From an uncultured Mycoplasmatota bacterium (GTDB taxonomy: Bacteria; Bacillota_I; Bacilli_A; RF39; UBA660), in assembly GCA_946488855.1 (NCBI GenBank), contig CAMLWC010000002.1, forward strand, positions 7,292 to 71,291: 64,000 bases of DNA. Direction: 5' to 3'. The position numbers and the translations under genes were made by a program. The notes beneath the pieces are model-generated. The model was not told the origin of the DNA, did no database searches, and saw nothing but the letters and a program-made list of their open reading frames with translations. Positions 45,200-55,253 of the stretch are shown here, one piece after another. Every line of letters starts with the position of its first letter. Position 1 is the stretch's first letter.

Positions 45200-46594
45200 C
45201 TAATTTATTGTCCATATATCATCTACTCGCGTAGCTGTTTTAACTACTCCACCATCTTTAAATGTAAATTTAGTCATCCAATTTGGTAAAGTAAATTCTT
45301 TTTTATCATTGTCATAAGTAATTTTTGAATTTGAAATATCAGTTATTTCACCAGTATTAACATAAGATACTGTTTGGTCTCTAACTACATCATCTGGTAA
45401 TTCTGGATCACCATCATAATCGATATCTTCTCCATAGAATCTTTCTTTAGTAAATCCAAATGATACAGAGATCTTTCTTCCTAACGAAGCAAAATCATAG
45501 TTGTCTATATCTTGTCCTTCTATATAAATATAGATTCTTACCTTAGTAATACTATTTGGAGCAAGTGTTATAAAATCAGGTCTATTAACTCCTTCATTAA
45601 ATTTATCAGTATCAGTAAAGTAATCTACTTTGTATAATTTACCTTTTTGATATGAACTTGCTATTGAATTTGTATAGCCGTTATATTCATAGCCATCATA
45701 CACATCAACTTGATCTGTATAATCAATTTCACCACTTACTGCATAAGTTGGATAATAAACTCCATCTTTAATAGTTTTACAAGGTCCACTAAATGAAGCA
45801 GGATTAGTTATATCACTGCCAATTCTTTTACGACATGATGTTGTATACCAACTAATAGCATTAGTAACATGTTTGGTGTCATTAGGTTCCCAAATTTGAG
45901 CATCCCTATCAGCACATATACCAGTAACATCATCATTTGATTTACAAGTAATGCCTGTAATAACATCAACATCATCTTCTACTGCTATAACACGTCCAAT
46001 TTGTGCAAAAGCCACTCTTACTGAATTTTCAATACCAGCCTTTATTTCGCCATCTTCAGCAACTTTTACTTCTGATTCTGGATCTAAATAAATTGCTTCT
46101 TCATTTTTAGGGTTTAATTCTTTATAATATGCATGACCTGATTTATTTTTAATAAATAAATCGAACGCAACATATCCATCAACCTCTTTGGCACCAGTAT
46201 TTTTTACTCTTGCAGCCATTACACGATAACCACCAGGTGATGCTGTAAAACTTCCTTTTTCATACATTATAAGTCTTGATGAGCCAGTATCAATCTTACC
46301 AACTGATGAAACAGGAACTAATCCTTTGCCACCCCAACTGTTAGTGTTTCCAGGATAACTTACAGTTTTATGATTTTTTTCATTAATAGTTACTGTTGTT
46401 TCCCAATTTTCTCCATCTAATGATAATAATAAACTATCAATAGCAGCAATGGAAACATCAAAACTAGAAACATTAACAACCTTCATACCAATAAACCATG
46501 CATAAGTTGAAACGGTTAGAATAATCGTACATAAAACAGCAGCAACAAGTAATTTCTTTACTCTTGTTTCATGTTTTTTCTTACGTCTTCTCAT
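45200..46594 (-). CDS. Secreted 'STYAWF' family protein, operon B copy with C-terminal extension (paralogue of 33094-34338)
   Basis: Start moved to the ATG at 46594 (GAAGGGA RBS, 13 nt after the upstream stop). LCTIILTVSTYAWFIGMKVVNV and the same blocks. An extra roughly 60-aa tail (..VSYVNTGEITDISNSKITYDNDKKEFTLPNW..). Confidence 0.6.
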   Translation of the reverse strand: MRRRKKKHETRVKKLLVAAVLCTIILTVSTYAWFIGMKVVNVSSFDVSIAAIDSLLLSLDGENWETTVTINEKNHKTVSYPGNTNSWGGKGLVPVSSVGKIDTGSSRLIMYEKGSFTASPGGYRVMAARVKNTGAKEVDGYVAFDLFIKNKSGHAYYKELNPKNEEAIYLDPESEVKVAEDGEIKAGIENSVRVAFAQIGRVIAVEDDVDVITGITCKSNDDVTGICADRDAQIWEPNDTKHVTNAISWYTTSCRKRIGSDITNPASFSGPCKTIKDGVYYPTYAVSGEIDYTDQVDVYDGYEYNGYTNSIASSYQKGKLYKVDYFTDTDKFNEGVNRPDFITLAPNSITKVRIYIYIEGQDIDNYDFASLGRKISVSFGFTKERFYGEDIDYDGDPELPDDVVRDQTVSYVNTGEITDISNSKITYDNDKKEFTLPNWMTKFTFKDGGVVKTATRVDDIWTIN

Positions 46595-46607
46595 AATCCC
46601 TTCTTTC

Positions 46608-47300
46608 TTATTCTGCAACTATTGGTTTAAAATTCATACGAACTTTAAATTCACCACCTAAAATATTATCAGTACAATCAGGATCTTCGCCTTCAATCCA
46701 TAAAACTATTGTATACTTGTCAATATCGTTAGGTTTAAAATTAGTAACATCTTCACTCATGATTATCTTATCATCAATAAATGGAACTGTATTTGGTTCT
46801 ACTTCTCCTTCACTTGATAATTTTGCATAAGTTTGATATTCTCCATTCTTATAAATTCTAACTCTGATGGCAGCATCAACATCCTTGATAACATCATCGA
46901 TAATAACCTCTCTAGTATAACCAGCAACTTCATCTCCAGTATTTTCAATATAAAATGTATATACTAAATAACTATCGCCATTATGTGATCCACCTTCATA
47001 ATCTTTGATTTCTTCCGGTAACCATATTTCCTTGATACTGTTAAAAGTTTCAGGTGCTTTAGCTAATAATTCTGTACGATATACTTTATATTGAAAATCG
47101 TCATAAATAATTATGCCATTATCTAAATAAAGATTTTTATCGAGTGTTATGCTAAAATTACCACTATTATAAACAATACCTATTACAAAATATAAAATAA
47201 GTAAAAGCAAAAGTAATAATATCACAGCTAGTTTAAATTTTTTCTTGAGTTTTTTTTCTTTTTTTAATTTATCGGTAGTTTTAGTAAATTTACTTTCCAT
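46608..47300 (-). CDS. Signal-anchored small fibre-locus protein (paralogue of 34358-35053)
   Basis: IGIVYNSGNFSITLDKNLYL.. and DIDKYTIVLWIEGEDPDCTDNILGGEFKVRMNF. First gene of operon B. Confidence 0.5.
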   Translation of the reverse strand: MESKFTKTTDKLKKEKKLKKKFKLAVILLLLLLLILYFVIGIVYNSGNFSITLDKNLYLDNGIIIYDDFQYKVYRTELLAKAPETFNSIKEIWLPEEIKDYEGGSHNGDSYLVYTFYIENTGDEVAGYTREVIIDDVIKDVDAAIRVRIYKNGEYQTYAKLSSEGEVEPNTVPFIDDKIIMSEDVTNFKPNDIDKYTIVLWIEGEDPDCTDNILGGEFKVRMNFKPIVAE

Positions 47301-47353
47301 CTTTTACCTACACCCCTTTTTGTACACTACGATATCCTTTACAATACAATATA

Positions 47354-47405
47354 ATTATAACATACCTTCTTTTTTTGTCAATATTAATTGTCGACTATTG
47401 TCGAA
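47354..47405 (-). promoter_or_regulatory. Operon B promoter: duplicated TTGACA / TGn-TATAAT with two 0A-box-like heptamers
   Basis: -10 at 47354-47359 and -35 at 47376-47381, with a 16-nt spacer. TGTCGAC at 47389-47395 and a perfect TGTCGAA at 47399-47405. The geometry is identical to 35119-35170. The boxes face the divergent nuclease gene in forward orientation. Confidence 0.6.
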
Positions 47406-47465
47406 AATTGTGTTATTTTTGTGAAAATATCATGTCAAATTTGTTATAATATAATTGGTGGTAAA

Positions 47466-48050
47466 ATGAAAGTTATATATGCTATTTTTATTAGTTTTTT
47501 ATTTGTTGTTAATGTAAATGCTGAAAAATTAGAAGTTACTTTAGATAGTTGTGTCGATGGAGATACTGCTTGGTTTATTTTAGATAATGAAAGAATTAAA
47601 ACAAGATTTTTGGCCATTGATACTCCTGAATCTACAACTAAAAAAGAACCATATGGTAAAGAAGCAAGTGATTTTACTTGCAATATATTAAGTAATGCTA
47701 ATAAAATTGAAATTGAATATGATCCTAATAGTGATAAATTAGATAAATATGATAGACATTTAGTTTGGGTATTTGTCGATGACACATTACTACAAGATTT
47801 GATCATTAAAAAAGGACTTGGCAAAGTCGCTTATTTATATGCTGATTATCAATATACATATATTCTAGAAACAAGTGAATTAATTGCTAAAACTAGCAAA
47901 ATTGGTATTTGGAGCGATACAAATGATTATTTATATGTTATACTAAGTATTATTATTTTCGTTATAATTTTAATAATTTGTATTTTTAACAAAAAAGTTA
48001 GAAAAAAAGTATTCAAAAAAATAACAAAAAAGTTAGGAGTTAATATATGA
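47466..48050 (+). CDS. Secreted, membrane-anchored thermonuclease (SNase/micrococcal-nuclease family)
   Basis: Start moved to the ATG at 47466 (GGTGG RBS). Signal peptide, VDGDTAWF, RFLAIDTPES, YDRHLVWVF. C-terminal TM helix followed by a K-rich tail. Confidence 0.85.
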   Translation: MKVIYAIFISFLFVVNVNAEKLEVTLDSCVDGDTAWFILDNERIKTRFLAIDTPESTTKKEPYGKEASDFTCNILSNANKIEIEYDPNSDKLDKYDRHLVWVFVDDTLLQDLIIKKGLGKVAYLYADYQYTYILETSELIAKTSKIGIWSDTNDYLYVILSIIIFVIILIICIFNKKVRKKVFKKITKKLGVNI

Positions 48051-48463
48051 AATATTATTTAGTACCAATTGAAGAATTAAGAACATTTGATGGAAAAGTC
48101 AATAAATTTTTAAAAAATATGTATCCTAAAATATATAGTTTATATAGAGTAAATTGTAAAATTGACAAGACATTTTTAGAAATTTTAAATAAAAACAATT
48201 TACCAACTCATATATTATTTCAATCAAAACAATTTATTCCTAAAAAAAAAATAAAAGTGGTTGAGCCAATAACAGAAATTGAATTACAATTTCCATTATT
48301 TTATTGCCTTGCTCACGAAGTTACCAAACAACAAGCTTTATTTTATTTAAGAAATTTAAGTGAACAACAAATTGAAAGTATAGCCATTTCATTTTATAAA
48401 TTTATTTATGAAAAAAAAGAAAATAAATGTAAAATCATTCAATTTCCAATAAAAAAACTTTAG
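48047..48463 (+). CDS. Hypothetical protein, 138 aa
   Basis: ATGA overlap with the nuclease gene. No motif recognised. Confidence 0.4.
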   Translation: MKYYLVPIEELRTFDGKVNKFLKNMYPKIYSLYRVNCKIDKTFLEILNKNNLPTHILFQSKQFIPKKKIKVVEPITEIELQFPLFYCLAHEVTKQQALFYLRNLSEQQIESIAISFYKFIYEKKENKCKIIQFPIKKL

Positions 48464-48477
48464 ATTAATTTCTAAAG

Positions 48478-48618
48478 TTATTTTAAATTACAAGATATAT
48501 ATTCCTCATTTATATCTTTTGTTTCTTCTAATTTGGTACTAGGTGTACTAATGATTGTTATTCCTAACATAATAATAATAAAGGCAATAATAGTTTTATC
48601 TTTTAACATTTCTTTCAT
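48478..48618 (-). CDS. Small 46-aa single-pass membrane protein (unannotated), second gene of the SOS-boxed divergent unit
   Basis: ATGA overlap with the upstream 60-aa ORF. Hand translation gives MKEMLKDKTIIAFIIIMLGITIISTPSTKLEETKDINEEYISCNLK. Confidence 0.45.
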   Translation of the reverse strand: MKEMLKDKTIIAFIIIMLGITIISTPSTKLEETKDINEEYISCNLK

Positions 48619-48797
48619 AATTCAATCTCCATTCTTTTAATAAAATAAATTTTTTCAATTTTGTTTTCAAATATTACTGGTTTATAATTTTTATATCTTT
48701 CTTTAATTTCCTGATTTAATTTTTTAATCAGCAGGCAAACTTTTCTTTTACTATAACCAGTTAATAATTGAATATCTTTAATTGTATAGTATTCCAT
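48615..48797 (-). CDS. Small HTH-like protein (60 aa from the RBS-supported start)
   Basis: GGAAGGG RBS before the ATG at 48797. MEYYTIKDIQLLTGYSKRKVCLLIKKLNQEIKE resembles short Xis/DUF3173-type DNA-binding proteins. The longer track start at 48836 would lie inside the promoter. Confidence 0.4.
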   Translation of the reverse strand: MEYYTIKDIQLLTGYSKRKVCLLIKKLNQEIKERYKNYKPVIFENKIEKIYFIKRMEIEL

Positions 48798-48820
48798 AGC
48801 ACCCTTCCTTTCATGTTTTA

Positions 48821-48849
48821 ATTTTATCACGAACAAACATTCGTGTCAA
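48821..48849 (-). promoter_or_regulatory. Sigma-A-type promoter with a LexA (Cheo) box in the spacer
   Basis: The minus strand reads TTGACA (48844-48849), a 17-nt spacer, then TAAAAT (48821-48826). The spacer contains CGAACAAACATTCG (48830-48843), one mismatch from the Gram-positive SOS box CGAAC-N4-GTTCG. Confidence 0.65.
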
Positions 48850-48867
48850 TGTGTTTTTATAAAAAAA

Positions 48868-48907
48868 CGAAAATTTGTTTGACAAATGTAAAATTATATG
48901 TTAAGAT
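48868..48907 (+). promoter_or_regulatory. lexA promoter with overlapping LexA box
   Basis: CGAAAATTTGTTTG (48868-48881, two symmetric mismatches) overlaps the -35 TTGACA (48879-48884). A 17-nt spacer precedes TAAGAT (48902-48907). Confidence 0.55.
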
Positions 48908-48938
48908 GTTACTAGAAAGTTAAAAGGAGGTTTTTACT

Positions 48939-49556
48939 TTGGAAAAATTAACTAACCAACAAGAAAAAATGTTAGATATAATTAAAAAATATGTTGTCGC
49001 CCATGGATACTCACCTACTGTAAGAGAATTATGTCAAGAAATGAATTTATCAAGTACAGCTACTGTCCAAGTTCATTTAAATAACTTAGAAAAAAAAGGA
49101 TATATAAAAAAGGAAGAAAGTAAAAATAGAACAATTGAAATATTAGTTGATAATGAATATGAAATTAAAAATGAATTAATTACTGAAGTACCATTACTAG
49201 GTAAAATTACAGCTGGTAATCCTATTGAAGCAATCGAAAGACCAGATGAATATTTCAGTCTACCATCTTATTTGATTCCTAAAAATAAAGAAGTTTTTAC
49301 ACTATTAGTAAGTGGTGAAAGTATGATTAATGCTGGTATTTTAGATGGCGATATCGTTATTGTTGAAAGAAAAAATACTGCTAATAATGGTGAAATAGTT
49401 GTAGCAATGACTGATGAAAATGAAGTAACTTTAAAAACATTTTATAAAGAAAAAGATCATTTTAGATTACAACCAGAAAATGACACAATGGCACCATTTA
49501 TTATGAATAATGTTACAATTTTAGGCAAAGCAATTGGATTATATAGAAAAATATAA
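48939..49556 (+). CDS. lexA: LexA repressor
   Basis: TTG start after an AAGGAGG RBS. N-terminal wHTH (GYSPTVRELCQEMNLSSTATVQVHLNNLEKKGYI), cleavage-region ITAGNP, S24 peptidase Ser (VSGESM) and Lys (TLKTF). Confidence 0.95.
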   Translation: MEKLTNQQEKMLDIIKKYVVAHGYSPTVRELCQEMNLSSTATVQVHLNNLEKKGYIKKEESKNRTIEILVDNEYEIKNELITEVPLLGKITAGNPIEAIERPDEYFSLPSYLIPKNKEVFTLLVSGESMINAGILDGDIVIVERKNTANNGEIVVAMTDENEVTLKTFYKEKDHFRLQPENDTMAPFIMNNVTILGKAIGLYRKI

Positions 49557-49566
49557 AAATCAGGAT

Positions 49567-51780
49567 TTATTCCTGATTTTTTTCTAACTTAACTAATACT
49601 TCTCTTGGTTTAGATCCATTAGAAGGTCCGATTATACCTCTTTCTTCTAATAAATCAATTGCTCTAGCAGCTCTATTATATCCTAATCTAAATCTTCTTT
49701 GTAATAATGAAGCACTTGCTTTTCCTTGGGTTACAACAAATTCTACTATTTCATTATATAATGGTTCTTCCATAGCATCATCAGTCATTGTTGTTGCACC
49801 TTTTACATCTTCAGAAGCAACTGTTAAAGATTCATCATATCTAGCTTTTTGTTGTGATATAGTATAGTCTGCTACCGCTTTAATTTCTTCATCAGATATA
49901 AAAGTTCCTTGTACTCTTATTGGAACATTTTCTCCTTGTGGTAAAAATAACATATCACCTTTACCTAATAATTTTTCTGCTCCTGTCATATCTAATATTG
50001 TTCTTGAATCAATACTTGAAGAAACCGCAAATGAAATACGAGATGGAATATTAGCTTTTACAACACCTGTAATTACATCAGTTGATGGTCTTTGAGTTGC
50101 AACAATCAAATGAATACCAGCTGCTCTTGCCATTTGAGTAATTCGCATAATAGATTCTTCAACTTCTTTAGCTGCAACTAACATTAAATCTGCTAATTCA
50201 TCGATTATAACTACAATGTATGGTAGTTTTTTTATTTGACCATATTCATCTTTTGTTTTATTTTTCTTTTCTAAATAAGCATTATATCCAGCAATATTTT
50301 TTGTTCCAGATTGTTCAAATAAATCATATCTATGTTCCATTTCTGTAACTATTTTTTTAAGAACTATGTTAGCTTTTTTAGGATCAGTTACTACAGGTGT
50401 TAATAAATGTGGAACACCATTATACATAGATAATTCAACTTTTTTAGGATCAACTAATACTAATTTTACTTCATCTGGTTTAGTACGCATTAATATTGAT
50501 ACCAACATACTATTAATACATACAGATTTACCTGAACCAGTAGAACCTGCTACTAATAAATGTGGTGTTTTATTTATTTCACAATAAATAGGTTTTCCCA
50601 TTATATCTTTACCTAATGTTACTAACAATTTAGAATCTTCCATACCTTTAGGAACACTTTCTAATATTTCTCTTACACTAACCATTGTTACAGATTTATT
50701 AGGTATTTCTACACCAACAGTTTTTTTACCAGGAATAGGAGCTTGAATATGAACACTTTTAGCAGCTAAAGCTAAAGCAATTTCTTTATCTAAACTTACT
50801 ATTCTACTTAATTTAGTACCTGCTTTAATATCTAACTCATATTGGGTTACTGCTGGTCCAATATTAATAGCTACAACTTTAGCTTCAATTCCAAAATCAC
50901 GAAATACCGTTTGTAATATATCAACAGTATCCTTGATAGCATCTTGATTTTCCTTATTATTTTTCTTAGTAGGTTTACTAAGTAAATTAATAGGCGGATA
51001 TTTATAATTAATATTTGTATCACTTACCTCATCTTTTATTTCATCTAATTCAATTGTTTCAATGTCATCTTTTTTAGATTCTTCATTTTGAATTATTTCA
51101 TCCATACTAGAAATTACAATTTTATCGTCCTTTTCATATTCATCTTCTACTTTTTTAATATGTTCTTTGTCTTTTGTTTTATGCGCTAAATTAACTGTTC
51201 CTTGAACTGTTTTTTTAACCCCATTTTCTAATGACTTAATAATATCGTAAATAGTTATTCCAGTAAATAAAATAAATCCACATATTATTAAAGCAATACT
51301 TACAACATTAGCGCCTTGTAAAGATACTAATTTTACCATTGTTACACTAAGAACTGCACCAATCATTCCTCCACCTTGAATATCCATAGAACCATCAATA
51401 AAATAATTTAAATTATTAAATGTTTCTTCAATAACAGCACCATAACCTACAGTATCATTAATAGCTAATTGTTTAATATATCCTAAATGAAATAAACATA
51501 ATATACCTAATATAATTATATATAATCCAATTAATTTACTAGTTAATAAATCAGGTTTTGTTCTTTTTACAATCATATAGCCACCAATAATACCGACTAA
51601 GATTAATAAAATTGACCATAAAACACCAACTAAGAAGCCAGCAAATCCAACTATAATATTAGATAATAAACCAAATCTACAGCAACCAATTATGGCAGCT
51701 AAAATCAATAATATTCCATATATCTCTACTCTTGCATTATTATCTTTCTTTACTTCTTTTCTTACTTTTTTCTTAGTCAT
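49567..51780 (-). CDS. ftsK: DNA translocase FtsK/SpoIIIE
   Basis: Four or five N-terminal TM helices and a linker. Motor domain with Walker A GSTGSGKS and Walker B VVIIDELADL. C-terminal gamma wHTH (ASASLLQRRFRLGYNRAARAIDLLEERGIIG). Confidence 0.95.
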   Translation of the reverse strand: MTKKKVRKEVKKDNNARVEIYGILLILAAIIGCCRFGLLSNIIVGFAGFLVGVLWSILLILVGIIGGYMIVKRTKPDLLTSKLIGLYIIILGILCLFHLGYIKQLAINDTVGYGAVIEETFNNLNYFIDGSMDIQGGGMIGAVLSVTMVKLVSLQGANVVSIALIICGFILFTGITIYDIIKSLENGVKKTVQGTVNLAHKTKDKEHIKKVEDEYEKDDKIVISSMDEIIQNEESKKDDIETIELDEIKDEVSDTNINYKYPPINLLSKPTKKNNKENQDAIKDTVDILQTVFRDFGIEAKVVAINIGPAVTQYELDIKAGTKLSRIVSLDKEIALALAAKSVHIQAPIPGKKTVGVEIPNKSVTMVSVREILESVPKGMEDSKLLVTLGKDIMGKPIYCEINKTPHLLVAGSTGSGKSVCINSMLVSILMRTKPDEVKLVLVDPKKVELSMYNGVPHLLTPVVTDPKKANIVLKKIVTEMEHRYDLFEQSGTKNIAGYNAYLEKKNKTKDEYGQIKKLPYIVVIIDELADLMLVAAKEVEESIMRITQMARAAGIHLIVATQRPSTDVITGVVKANIPSRISFAVSSSIDSRTILDMTGAEKLLGKGDMLFLPQGENVPIRVQGTFISDEEIKAVADYTISQQKARYDESLTVASEDVKGATTMTDDAMEEPLYNEIVEFVVTQGKASASLLQRRFRLGYNRAARAIDLLEERGIIGPSNGSKPREVLVKLEKNQE

Positions 51781-51850
51781 CTTAAATCACCTTCTACAAT
51801 AAAATTATATCATATTTTATAATAAAAAGAGTATTAAAAATACTCTTTAT

Positions 51851-52465
51851 TTAAATTTCACTATTAGTTTTAACATTTATATTTATATCATTAATACCAT
51901 TTACTCTAAAAAATGTCCCATTTACATTTAAATCATCTACTGTATATATAATTTTATATATATTATTATTTTCTAAATATATTTTACCACTTGCTTCATT
52001 ATAACTATTAATATAACCTAATTTATTTAACAATTCTTTTATATATTCGTCTTTCAATTCTACTTCATATAATTTTAATTCTTTACCTTCAATATCATTT
52101 TCTATTTCTGTTTTTGATGTTATATTATTTAATCCATCTAATATTATATTTGTATCATAAAATATGTTTTGCTTTGTTTCATTATATTGAATTTCTTCCA
52201 TAATTTCTTTTTCTTCATACATTTTTCCGTCTATGAAATAGTATGTCAAATCAAATGTATCTATTTTATATTTTTGATTTTCATAATTATCTATTTTATA
52301 CATTTCATTTATTCTTTTATTATCAATACTACCATAGATTCTTAAATCTAATTGATAACTTTCAATATTTTTTCCTATATTCATATTTTTATATGCTTCT
52401 TTAAATTCTTTGTTGCCACATCCTGTTAATAAGAATAAACTTAATACTATTAATATTTTTTTCAT
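51851..52465 (-). CDS. Lipoprotein of unknown function
   Basis: Signal peptide with lipobox LLTGC. 204 aa. Confidence 0.6.
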   Translation of the reverse strand: MKKILIVLSLFLLTGCGNKEFKEAYKNMNIGKNIESYQLDLRIYGSIDNKRINEMYKIDNYENQKYKIDTFDLTYYFIDGKMYEEKEIMEEIQYNETKQNIFYDTNIILDGLNNITSKTEIENDIEGKELKLYEVELKDEYIKELLNKLGYINSYNEASGKIYLENNNIYKIIYTVDDLNVNGTFFRVNGINDININVKTNSEI

Positions 52466-52753
52466 AAAAAGACCTTTCTATTTCACTATTTTTACTTTAC
52501 CATCACTATTAACTAATACTCTTATTTCAAAATTATATCCACTTTCAAATTCATAATTAATCCCTAATCAAATACCTTACAAGTTTAATTTGTAATTGTA
52601 ATTACAAATAATCTTAAATTAAATGATATTAATATTCGCAACATCCTAATTAAGATATAGTCATAAAAATAATCATCCAATTTTTTTATATTTCAACTCC
52701 TATTCTTATATAAAATTATATACTATTTTTTTATTTAAGCAATAAAAAAGGAA

Positions 52754-54431
<1,678 letters not shown>

Positions 54432-54441
<10 letters not shown>

Positions 54442-55253
54442 TTTATTTCCTTTCTTGTTTTTATATACTCATACATATTTTTTATATATTCCATTATATA
54501 TTTCTTTTTTTCCTCTTTTATTTCATAATTAATTAAAATATTATCTAATTCTTCTATAAAATTATCTAAATTTACAATTATATCATCAACAAATTCGAAA
54601 TAATTATCAACAATATAATTAATTATATCAGGAATTTCAAAATATTGATACCCAACACAACAATATGGAATACCAATTGATTTAAAACTATTAAATGAAA
54701 AACCATTATCATATGAAGGTGGTAATCTATATTGTTTAGTTTTCTCATTAAATATCAATCCAATATTTTCTAATTTAGCATCAATATTTTCAGTTAAACA
54801 TTTACCAAATAATATTCTTATATATTGTTTTTTTAATTGCTCACCGTTATCTTTAGAAATCATATTTAAACTAAAAAATTTATTAAATATTTGTTCAAAG
54901 CATAAATGTAATTCTTTTTCTTTTGTATTATCCTTTATTGGTATCCACTCTAAAATATCATATGATACATCAGCTTCATCTATTAAAAAATTGGTAATTA
55001 AGCAACAATTATGTCGAGCATAAAGATCATATCCTAATTGTACATCAACACAAGATATGTTTAATTTTTTTAAAATAACACTAGTCAAATGTTCCATAAT
55101 ATCTTGATCACTATTATTACTAACTTTTACTAATTTTTTGACACCATTATCAATTACCCAAAATTTTTCATTTACGGCTTTACCACGAGGTTCAATTCTT
55201 AAAAAATCTAATTTTGAAACATCTATTCGTTGCATATTATCTTTCTCTTTCAT
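54432..55253 (-). CDS. HipA-like kinase-fold protein (putative)
   Basis: RGKAVNEKFWVIDNGVKKLVKV and ENIDAKLENIGLIFNEKTKQYRLPPSYDNGFSF parallel the short HipA-like pattern (..KfW....LvK.. / ..DRH..N.G......laP.YDnG.S), with K in place of the usual H. Confidence 0.4.

Noticed and set aside
22231-47300. Interpreting the 25-kb region as a prophage, ICE, sortase pilus or type IV pilus locus.
   Set aside because: No terminase, portal, capsid or tail genes. No VirB4/VirD4/relaxase. No sortase or LPXTG substrates. No prepilin peptidase, PilB/PilT ATPase or class III signal peptides. The only mobile gene inside is the tnpB element.
47388-47465. Upstream extension of the thermonuclease ORF (track start 47388; MSTIVENCVIFVKISCQICYNIIGGK..).
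   Set aside because: The extension runs through the promoter/0A-box region and has no RBS. The ATG at 47466 has a GGTGG RBS and starts a normal signal peptide.
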